DNA from: Azolla caroliniana
Lineage: Eukaryota > Plantae > Polypodiophyta
Assembly (NCBI GenBank): GCA_043228905.1
Contig: JBHGNT010000018.1
Span: 9,858,001 to 9,922,000, forward strand
Direction of reading: 5' to 3'
DNA: 64,000 nt
Below, one piece after another: positions 48,505 through 60,400 of this stretch (positions within the stretch are counted from its first letter, which is position 1; each line of letters begins with the position of its first letter). A program made the position numbers and the translations under genes. Under the pieces are notes generated by a model that searched no databases, was not told where the DNA came from, and was given only the letters and a program-made list of their open reading frames with translations.

Positions 48505-51500
48505 TGTTGAGAATCGATTCGTAAAACCACAAGATCAAACAATACTGAAAATACACAACACAGCCACACAACGACGCAGGACACAGATACTTACGTGGAT
48601 CCCTAAAATGGGAGAAAACTAGGGGAGAGGAAAAACTTCACTATACATTGGATGTCAAGGACAGAGATTACAATACTTTGATTATGAGTGTATCAACCAC
48701 ACAGGGTTCTTAGCGTCCGCTATTACGCACACAACTATGGCGCTGTTGTCACTCTCCTTCTCTCTCTCTCTCTCTCTCTTTCGCACAACTCTCACTTCTT
48801 TTTTTCGCCTGTTTTGCCCTAGATGTATATATCAACTGATACATCGTATATACTATTTACAATTGTAGCCACTACTATATATCATTGATTATTATGATTA
48901 CTATAATAACAATGATAATAATCTATTCAAACAATCGGCTCTCTGTGTCGACTCTTTGATTGTCGACTATCGGTTGTCGGCTACTTTCGATGAGTCGGTT
49001 CCTCCCACTAGAGGGACATATTCCCAACAAAATCCCCCTTCACTCTTGTGGGAGGGAGTCAATCAATCCTGTCTTCTGTCGACAAACTTTAAGTCTGTCC
49101 ATAGGTAGGTTCTTCGTGAGCATGTTGGATCCATTGTTATCTATGTGGATCTTCACAAGTGTGAACTCTCCTTCTTTGACCTTCTCCCACAACCAGTGAT
49201 ACCTTCTCTGTATGTGCTTGGTCCGGAAGTGATATGCAACATTCTTGGCAAGATGTATGGCACTCTAGCTATCACCGTGAAGCAAGAACTCCCTCTGCTT
49301 CATCCCTAGCTCGTTGAGAAAATTTCTCACCCAAATAAGCTCTTTGCCGACCTCTACCACTGCCATATACTCTGCCTTTGTAGTCGACAAGGCTACGGGC
49401 TTCTGCAATCCTGATTGCCATGACACTACTCCCCCTCCATAAGACATCACGTACCCTGACGTGGATCGACTTGAGTCTACATCTCCCGACATGTCCAAGT
49501 CGGTAAAACCTTCCAACACAGGTTTTCCGACACCATACCCTAGACACACCCTTGAGGTGCCTTTTAAGTACCTAGGTATCCACTTCACTGCTGCCCAGTG
49601 CTCTCTTCCTGGATTACTCATATATCAGCTTACTGCTCCCACAACAAATGCTATGTCTGGTCTCATACAGACCATAGCATACATTAGACTGCCGACGACC
49701 GAGGTATATGGTACCTTCCTCATCTCGGCCTTCTCCTTCTCCCCTTTCAGACTCTGCTTCGCATTCAACCTGCAATTTGTCGGCAACACCAAGCTGACTG
49801 GCTTTGCATCCAACATGTTGACCCTCTCTAAGATCTTCGTCACATACTTTTGTTGTGACAACCATAGCACCTTTTGAGTTCTGTCTCGAACTATGTGCAT
49901 TCCTCAGATTTGTTTAGCCTGTCCAAGGTCTTTCATGGAAAACGACCTGCTTAGAGCTTTCTTCAAGCTTCTGATCTTTTTTGTGTCTTGACTGACTATC
50001 AACATGTCATCAACGTATACCAAGAGAATCAAGAAGTCTCCTTCTTCATATCTTTTGACGAACATAGTGATCGGCCTATGTTTTCTGGAACCGGTGTTCC
50101 ATCATGAAGGACTCGAACTTCTTGTACCATTGGCGTGGAGCTTGTTTCAGACCATACAAGCTTTTCTTCAGTCGACACACCAGGTTCTCTTTCCCTTTCT
50201 CCTCAAAGCCTTATGTCGTGAAGGTCTGTCACTACGTGCAAATCGTGAGGCGGAACCGCCGGGTTCCTGGACCGGAAGGATTCAAAGTTCGCACTAGCTT
50301 TAGCGAGAAAGTATTGAAGATAGATTGAGAGAGATTGATATGGTGAGAGAGAGATATTGAGATAAAGATTTAACTCTTGATTTTAGATTTGACAGAGAAG
50401 ATACATCAACAATAGGATTACAAGTTTTCTTATTTTTCCCAAATTTTACATTGACATAACTTGACATTTAGTTGTCCGTTTCAAATATAGTAAAGTACAT
50501 TCGGAAGCTCTTTAAGACCTCCATCTTCCCATACCAAGATATTAAGCTAATCTAAAAATAGTATCTTGACTATTATTGTTTCATGTCTTGCGTGAAGAAC
50601 CACACTCGATTTTGTACATTCCATGCAATTTTCACACCGTTGCCGAAAATCTTCACAACATCCACCCCCACCAAATAGCATGTCCTCCGGTACATGCCAA
50701 GAAGAGTGAGTGTGAGATTTTGGCTACGGTGATTAGTACGATTCCCTGCACACAATACACCCTTCACTCGAACCATTGTCGCCACCCAATCCACCATATC
50801 ATTCGCTCAGTCTTTGTTTTACCATGACCAGTTGTCACGGCCCCTTATTCTCTTTCCGAACATAATTTTTTAGGTTTTATGCATGTTCCACCTTTGTCCC
50901 GATCGTCTCCTCGCTCAAGGCACTTTGACCTGTCACTTCTCCCCAAGCCTTTATCTGAATAATGACATTGACTATCCCATGTAGTACCTTCAAGTGCATG
51001 CCCACTTTGAGATCCTTATGCGACCATGCTTTATATTTCTCACTTTGTCTAGTTTCATGATACAATCTCATGTTAGAGTTGAAAATCTTCACACTAGTGT
51101 CTTTGCTAGATGTTTCGTTCACATTCTTCGGATCTTGATGGCTCGCTTGGCTATCCTCATCCGTTGTCATACTTTGCTCAGAGTCTTTGTTGTATGCATC
51201 AACTTTTGTCTCTATGCTTTGCTTGACCTCTTCCTCCCACACATCAGCTTCAACCCTTGCTTCTTCGTTGTCATTGTCCTTCTCTTGGGTCTTACATCGG
51301 TTATTTCCCAAGTCTCCAGAACAAGTGTGGAGAGATCCATATGTATTTGTCTGCCACTCCCCAACATTGTTATTTGCAGCAGCATGGACCTTCGCTTCCC
51401 CGCCATCATCTTCTGTCTCTTGGGTCTCACATTGGCTTTGAGCCACAATTGCCCAAGTCTCTAGAACATGTGCGAAGGAATCCATTTGTCTTCAGCCAAT

Positions 51501-54500
51501 TACCTTCGACACCTTTGTCTTGATGTCATCTTTCACATCAGATTTGAACTCCCCTTTGTTGCCACCTTCCATCTCTTGGGTCTTCTGTTGGTTCTTGGAC
51601 GCAATAGCCAAAGTCTCTAGAACCAGTGTGGGGAAAGTCTTGTCACTGCCATCATTCACCATCGACTCGTCCATATCTATCTTCACCTCGATGTTGCACG
51701 CACCATCTTGGTCCTTCCCCTTACTACCACCCACATCAGATTTGAACTCCCCTTTGTTGCCACCTTCCGTTTCTTGGGTCTTCTATTGGTTCTTGAACGC
51801 AACTGCCAAAGTCTCTAGAACCAGTGTGGGGAAAGTCTTGTCACTGCCATCATTCACCATCGACTCGTCCATATCTATCTTCACCTCGATGTTGCGCGCA
51901 CCATCTTGGTCCTTCCCCTTACTACCACCTTACATCTCTTGGGTCTCACATTGGCTCTCTACAACTGCCCAAGTCTCGAGAACTTGTGTGAAGGAACCCT
52001 CGACGCGGCCATTTGCCATTAATTCGTCCATAGCCACCTCTGACTCGATGTTTTCTTTTTTGTGGCTATCGCTTCAATCTCATGGGCCTCGTACCCATTG
52101 ACCCTCTTGATCGAGCAAGCTTCGATTATGCATCTCTCTTCGTCGCATGTATTAATTTTGACCTTCGGCTCCTCGCTGACACCTTCCGTCTCTTGGGTCT
52201 CATGTTGGTTCTTGGACGCAACTGCCCACGTCTCTAGAACAAGTGCGGAGAAAATCTAGCCATGGTCGTTGTCGACACTTGTTCTCTTTTTCATAGTCAC
52301 CTCCTCGATGTTGGTTTTAGTAGGTAGATCCTCCATCATGTTGATCTCACACTCTTTATCTCCCTCAATGCAAGCTTCGATTAGGCTTGCTCCTTCATCA
52401 TCCATTGTTTCGAACACGATGCGCGTCCTGAAACATTTGTCCTCCTTTGAAGTGGCCTTTGCCGTCCTCGAGTCATCATCAATCTTCTTTTCGAGTAGGA
52501 TGCGTTGTTTAGGCGTCTCTACTTCTTTAGATGGTCTTGATTTTTCTACGCTTGGTCTTACCAAATCAATATCATCAAGCCATTGACGACGCTTGTCAAG
52601 CTTGTTGCATGCTCGCTTCACCGCAATCCAGTCTGTCACAAGCCCGTTCACTTGGGTATCATCTTCTAGGAGAGTTCCCAATTCTCGTCTATCCTTCATA
52701 TCCACAGCTTTTCAAGCAGCATTTGGTTTGTACTTCTCAAGCAGCATTTGGTTTGTGGCCTGGAGACGACGAAACATTTGGTTGAGCTCGTCGTACACCC
52801 TCGAAGCACTCATCTTTTTATTCTTCTTTTCTTTCCACTTCATCAAGGCATGTTGAGTCATTCTCGACAAATCTTCCGCCACGAACTCCGCTAATATCGC
52901 TTTCTCGAACCCAGACCATGTGGCCTTCCCTTCTTGAAGCTCAACAACAAGCCTTCAGACATTTTTGGCGACCACTCTCTTGAAATTTGCGATTTGACGT
53001 GCTTCAAACACGTCCCTCTGATTCATCTACCTTTTGTATGCATCAAGGAACTTCGTAATGTTCCTTCCGTCAAATTGGCCCTCGAGCTCCACGACATGGT
53101 CGACGGTCTTCTCCACGCTCGCATCATTGTCTCGAGATCTCATCATTTGTTCGACGATCAACATCATCCTTTTGAACTCTCCCGCTTGATTGCTTGAGGA
53201 CGCCATCTCCAAGTATTGGTTGATCCTTGACTTGATCCTTCCTACCGCCTCTTTCACGTCAGGTTCACCACTTAACTATGTCGTGAAGATCCGTCACTAC
53301 GTGCGGATCGTGAGGCGGAACCACTGGGGTCCTGGACCAGAAGGATTCAAAGTTCGCACTAGCTTTAGCAAGAAAGTATTGAGAGAGAGAGATATTGAGA
53401 TAAAGATTTAACTCTTGATTTTAGATTTGACAGAGAAGATACATCAACAATAGGATTACAAGTTTTCTTATTTTTCCCAAATTTTACATTGACATAACTT
53501 GACATTTAGTTGTCCGTTTCAAATGTAGTAAAGTACATTTAGAAGCTCTTGAAGACCTCCATCTTCCTGTACCAAGATATTAAGCTAATCTAAAAATAGT
53601 TTCTTCACTATTATTGTTTCATATCTTGTGTGAAGAACCACACTCGATTTTGTACATTCCATGCAATTTTCACATCGTTGCCGAAAATCTTCACGACATC
53701 GGGTTGCTCCATGTAGATTTCTTCTTCTAGCTCCCCATGTAAGAATGTAGTTTTGACATCCAATTGTTCGATCTCCAGGTCCATACTGGCCACTATACTC
53801 AGAACAGTTCGAATGGATGTCATCTTCACGACTAGTGCGAATATTTCGTCGAAATCGATGCCCTTTTTCTATTGAAAACCCTTCACCACTATCCGGGCTT
53901 TATACCTGTGCTCACTGCCGGCTGCTCCAGTCTTCACCTTGTAGACCCATTTATTCCTGAGTGCTCTCTTACCTTTCGGTAGCTCTACTAGGTCATAGGT
54001 GTGATTCTCGTGCAAGTATTCCAACTCATCTTGCATCGCACTCAACCATTTCTCTCTGTGCTCGTCAGCAATGGCTTCTTCATAGCACTCCGGTTCACCT
54101 TCATCAATCAAGAGGATGTATTGACTGGCATATGTTGTTGGTGCTTCCCTTTCTCTAAGTGGGTATCGCCTTCCACTCATTGTTGGCTCTCTTTCAGATG
54201 TCTCTGCCAACTCTTCTCTTTGCTCGGGTTCCTGCACGTCAATCGGCATCTCCAGGTTGGACGACTCCAACTCATACTCTTCAATTGACCTTAGCAGCTC
54301 TGCCAACTCAAACTCATAGTCGGTACATGCATTTACCCCAAACATCCGAACACCCTCAGGTGTTGGTACGAGACATCCTTCCCTGTCCACACTCTTTGTG
54401 GGACATCACCCTTTAATGGTACTAAGAGAGACCTGTTGATCACCTAAACAACTGTGTACATAACCTCAACCCCAATAGGATTTCGGCAAATTTGCATGAG

Positions 54501-56799
54501 AGAGCATGCTCCTTACCCTCTTCATGATTGTTTGATTCATCCTCTCTGCAAGCCCGTTCAACTATGGGGTCTTTGGCACTATGTATTCGATCCGAATACC
54601 TTGGCATTTGCAGTATTCCTCGAATTGCCCTCTATACTCGCCATCGTTGTCGGTTCGAACAACCTTCAACTTCTGACCCGACTCTCGTTCAGCTCTAGCC
54701 TTGAACTCCTTGAAAACCGACAGTACTTGATCCTTCGACTTCAATACGAAGACCCATGTCTTCCGACTATAGTTGTCGATGAACGTCACAAAATATTGTC
54801 CACCTCGATGCGATGGAGCATCTACATAACACACATCCGTGTGTACCAGTTCTAGTGCAACCTCTCTTCTTCTTGGTGGTCTTGTGTGGAATGCTGATCT
54901 ATTCTGCTTTCCGACCAAGTAGTTGACGCACTTCTCTAGGTGCACTCCCATGACTTCTGGTAGAAGCTTTTGGTTGGCTAGCAGGTGCATACCTTTCTCA
55001 CTCATGTGTCCCAACCTCTTATGGCATCTCTCTCCTGCCGAGTCGGTTGCCACATTTACATCCAATTTGCACAATCAGGCATGCATCATATATAATGTGC
55101 CTTCTTTCTGTGCTCGGGCCACTATAAGATATCCTCGGCAGAACTTCCACTTGCCATTCCTTCGTCATCTAACCTTCCAGTTGATATCAGATTGAATCAG
55201 ATATCGGGGACGTGTCAAACATCCTTCAGAGTCAGTCGACGCCGTCAAGCGGACACTTCCAACTTCGGCTATCTTGCACTCTCCATTATCACCGATTTTC
55301 ACATAATCGTGATCTCCGGCTATGTAAGTTGAGAAATACTCCTCGACGGAGTTATGTGGAACGATGCCCCGGAATCGATCACCCAAGTGCATTCTTCACT
55401 TGCAAGATTTGCACTTGTCTGTTCACAGATGAACACCAGTTCTTCATTGCTCGTAGCAATGGCAGAAGTGTTCTTCTCATCAGGAATCTTCTTGGGTTCG
55501 ACATTGTTTCCGACACCCTTGTCTTTTCTCATGTGTCGGTAGTCCTTCTGGAAGTGTCCAGGTTTACTACAGTAAAAGCACACTAGCTTACCTCTAGAGT
55601 TCAATCTAGTTTGGGACTTTTCTCTCCTTGGTGGACTTCTTTGCTGGTTCCTTCCTCTGTCCGAATGTTGTGTTACATTCGACTCCGACTAGGACAGGAC
55701 TCCCTTGTCCTTCCTCCTTGCCTCCTCATTTAGGATGCTTGTCTTTATGGTTTGTAAAGACAAGTTCTCTTCTTGACAAGAGGTGTTGAGAGGGACCACC
55801 AGGTTCTCCCAACTATGCGACAGTGTGCACATCAACAAGATGGCCTGCATCACATCATTCAAGGGAAACTTGGTTGCAACAAGTTGATTCACATACCCCA
55901 TGAATGTGTTGATGTGTTCGACGATGCTCTCACCATCCCTATATTTCAGCCGTATGATCTTTCTGATCAGTGAGGTTCTATTGAACGTGTTCTTCCTCTC
56001 ATATAGACTCGACAACTTCTGCCACATCTCATGCGCATTTGTGTCGTTCGCTACATGTTGCAAGACACTTACATCGATGCATTGTTGGATGATGGCCATT
56101 GCCTTTCTGTTAAGAAGTTTCCAATCTGACTCCAATACCCCCTGGGTATATCTGTTCTGTCGACTGGCTCGTACAGGTCTTTGACTATGAGAAGGTATAA
56201 GGTCCTCCATCTTTATCTTCTAGTCTGCATAGTTCTGTGACTTTAGAACTATCATGCTTGGGAAGCCGCTCACACCTCCTTCCATGCTTGCACATCAAGC
56301 TCTGATACCAGTTTGTTGAGAATCGATTGGTAAATCCACAAGATCAAATCATACTGAAAATACACAACATAGCCACACAGTACACAGATATTTACGTTGA
56401 AACCCTAAAACCGGAGAAAACCACGGGAGAGGAAAAACTTCACTATATAGTGGATGTCAAGGACAGATATTACAAAACTCTGATTAGGAGTGTATCAACC
56501 ACATAGGGTTCTTAGCGTCTTCTATTACGCACACAACTATGGCGCCGATCTCACTCTCCTTCTCTCTCTCTCTCTCTCTCTTTCGCACAACTCTCACTTC
56601 TTTTTTTCTTCTATTTTGCCCTAGATGTATATATCAACTGATACATCATAGCCACAACTACATATCATTGATTATTATGATTACTATAATAATAATGATA
56701 ATAATCTGTTCAAACAATCGACTCTTCAACTGTCAACTATCGGTTGTCGGCTACTTCCGAACACTCGGTTCCTCCTGTTGGAGGGACATATTCCCAACA
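48505..56799 (-). mobile_element. Degenerate Copia (family E, related to A); LTRs 48505-49029 and 56314-56799; hosts D copy 2
   Basis: PBS at 56299-56310, PPT at 49030-49043, Gag/PR/INT/RT/RH remnants; LTRs visibly diverged; no TSD. Confidence 0.92.
50214..53698 (-). mobile_element. Non-autonomous gag-only Gypsy (family D, copy 2); LTRs 50214-50660 and 53279-53698
   Basis: Trp-type PBS 53253-53270, PPT 50661-50672, same gag plus ETW array as 8497-10910; splits host EEEIYMEQP|EGFEEK. Confidence 0.92.
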
Positions 56800-57450
56800 C
56801 CACTGACGTCCTATACCGTCGGATATTAGGATGACTAATACCTTGGAAGAGATAAACACGATCGTTGAGACAAAAGCCTAGCCCGCATCACCAGTGTCTA
56901 AAAGAGCAACCTTCTGACGTAATGTCCTTATGAGGGTAGGTAAGCCTCATATTTATACCTTTTCCTAGGCCCTTGAATAGTCGTGCCTTTCTAAAAGGCT
57001 CTCCATTCATTGGTTGTCCAAATCATGATAGTGCATGCATCTATCATTCCTTCTATCCAATCATTAGTCCCCTTATTAACATTAGTGACCATACCCTTCA
57101 CTAATGTAAATATTAGTGACCTACCCTCACCAACGTTATGTGTACATAACATACTCCTCTACTTCAAAAGATTGCACTCTTGCAATATAAAGTGAGGAAA
57201 TTGTGCCTTAAGAGTATGCTCACATTCCCGTAGACAATGACGTAGAGTCAGTAGGGACATGCAAAAAAACTTTTTGACCAATAGTAAATGCACGAGGACG
57301 TCTATCCTGATCAACATAAAATCGAACATGATTTTGAGCCGTCTTGACATTCTCTTTGGCAATATGCAACATTTGGTTCATGTCTTGCAAAATATTGCGT
57401 GTACTGTCTAATGTATCATGATGAATTGTGACATCAACTGGGGCACGTGG
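56800..57450 (-). mobile_element. Family B LTR remainder (56800-57151) followed by the PPT and integrase end of a second B copy
   Basis: 57152-57450 matches ~42684-42984. Confidence 0.88.
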
Positions 57451-60400
57451 AGAATAAGAGGTTTAATGGAGAATCTTAATACACAGAGAGAGTACACACA
57501 TGAGAGACAGAGAGAGTAGAACGTAAAAGTTTATTAAAAAAATAACTCTACAACTCTGTACATACAACGTGCTAAACAACACTATTTATACAAGTCCATA
57601 AAGGACTGATAGAAGTACTCACAGGTAGTTCAATATTCCTACGTGCGACTGACACTAACTACGAGACAATGATTACCTAGTAGTCTACGCTACTGCTAGG
57701 CTTCTGGTTCCCGCTCATATCCGGCTCTCCGATCCGTCTCCCCGATCCGGCCGGTTGTTTCCGGATACCGATCCAGCTCATCCTTCCGGATGCCGATCCG
57801 GCTTAGGCTTCTTCAGCCGATCCGGATCCGGTTGAGCTTGCTCGCTCAACACTCCCCTTGAAGCTCAACTTCAGGTCGGATCATGGTGTTAGTGTTCGTG
57901 GTAGCCGGTCCTTCCACCTGACTCCTTTTGGTGTCGTCACACCTTGCTTGCACTCCTCGTCTGGTCTGGTTCCGCTTCTCGCGACCTCTCCGGTACTGTG
58001 CGCCTCGACCTCCTCGGTCGGCTTGTCTGCTCAACATGCCCATTTCAGCTCCCTCGCTGCTGTGACTCCGGCGCTTGTCGACCCGTCAGTTCCTTAGTGT
58101 TGGCGTCGACTTCCATTGCGTCCCTGTTCACTTGGCCTTTACTTAATCCGGCTTCTCCGAATCTTCAACCGAATCGGTTTCCTTCGATTTGTTCCAGCTC
58201 TTGTCCGAATTGGTTGCTCCCGATTAGTTCCTGCTCTTGTCCAAGTCACTATTTTCCAACTTATCTTCTAGTTTCAGGCCCTTCACCATATCAGACCATG
58301 TTTGGGTCTTGGGCTTCTCCTTCCGGTCAACTCTGTTCTTCTTGACTCTGCCGCCACTACTGCTCGTTCTGACTTGTTCGGATGTGCCGACTCCCTTTCC
58401 TTTTCTCGCCTTCAAGTGCGGCACGTCGAGATACTAAACACCAAGCATCTCCGAAAAGTGTTGCAACTTGTCTTATCTGAGTGGCTTGGTGAAGATGTCA
58501 GCAACTTGCCGATCCGTATGAACATATTGAAGGTCAACTTCACCGCTCAGAACCTGCTCACGCACAAAGTGATAGTGCACTTCAATGTGCTTTGTTCGAG
58601 CATGGAAGATGGGGTTCTGGGCGAGCTGACTGTTGCTCATGTTGTCACAATAAATCAGGTTCGGGGTCGGTACCTCGATCTGGAGGTCTCACAGTAGTTG
58701 CTGAAGCCAGATGGCTTCATGGGTGGCATTGGTAGAACCTCGGTATTTAGCCTCAATGCTCAACAGAGCCACTACTGGCTGCTTTTTGCTGCTCCACGCA
58801 ACAACCACGCTACCTAGAGAAAACATGTAACCGGAGGTGAATCGGTGATCCGATGCATCAACAGCCCAGTGGACATCTGTATATCTGACTAGCTTCCCAG
58901 CTATACCGTGTCGGTATAACAATCCCCGATCCTTCGTGCCGCTAACATACTGGAGTATCCGGTGTGCGCATTGCAGGTGCTCGACGGTCGACTTCTGCAT
59001 GAACTGGTTGATCAATCCAACTGGGTAACTAAGGTCAGGTCAAGTGATTGTCAAGTATATGACACTTCCGACAATTTGTCAGAACCGTTTCTCATCGTAG
59101 GCCGGTCCAGAGTTGGGACAGAGCTTCTGGCTCTGGTCTAGGGGTGTGGAGACAGGTCGGCATTCCGGCATGCCAAACTTGTACAGCATATTCAACACAT
59201 AGTGTCGTTGTGAGAGCAATATGCCATCGGGGGTTCGGATCACCTCAATCAAAAGGATAATGAAGGTCCCCTAGGTCTTTCATTTCAAATGCGTTTGACA
59301 ACTGGGACTTTATTCAGCCGATTTCATTGAGTCCGGGTCTGGTGATGACTAAATCATCAACATAAAGTAGGATGCAAACTGGACCGTCTGGACCTTGCCG
59401 GATGAACAACGAGGAGTCGTATTTAGAGGTCACAAACCCCATCTTACGCAACCGGTGTGTGATCTTCGCATTCCAAGCTCGGGGGGCTTGTTTCAGACTA
59501 TAAAGCGACTTCTTACGGTGACACACCGCCGACTTTTTCATCTCTGACTGAAATCCGGGAGATTGGATCATATGGACCCGTTCTTCAAGGTCACCTTGAA
59601 GAAATGCATTCTTCACGTCCATCTGGTCAAGATGCCACCCCCTTGCCGCAGCAATCGCCAGTACCACACGAATCGTCATCATCTTCGCTACTGGAGCGAA
59701 GGTCTCGTCGTAATCAATTTCGTGGGTCTATGTGTATCCCTTCGCTACTAACTGGTCCTTGTACCGGTTAACCGAACCATCGGCATTGTACTTTACCTTG
59801 TGTGCACCCATTTGCAACTGATCGGTTTACAGTGTCGGGGAGGGTCAACGAGGTCCCATGTGTCGTTGGCATCGAGTGCCCACATTTTTTCTTCCATAGC
59901 GGCACGCCAATTTGCGTCCTTTGCCGCTTCTGCGTAGCTCTTCAGCTCACGCACTTCCACCACTTTGGTCATGTACGCATAGTGGTGAGCCATGTACTCA
60001 TTGTACCCGTACCACGTAACGGGGTTCTTTAGGCGGGAAGACCGACGTAACTTGGTATCACCCTGTTTGGGCCCTTCTTGGCTGGTTCGGACTTTGTTCC
60101 CGGAGATCCGCCTTCATCCTTTCCGGAGTTGGATGCGGTCTGATCTGACTTAATGCTACTAGCTTCGTATTCTGGCATCTTCTTCTTCCCCTTCTCTTTG
60201 CGCATGAACCGTCTCTTTGGTTCCTTGCGCGGGGAGAGCACGGTAGAGTCTCCACTACTCGTCAGTCCTTCATCTGATTGGTCACTTTGACCCAGTCGCT
60301 CATTCCGTACGCTCAACCGTAACGATTCCGGAGTCTCTTCTAGAGTCTCTAGCTCGTCATCTTCTATCTGGTCCTCCTTGGGCTCACTAGTCTCATCTTC

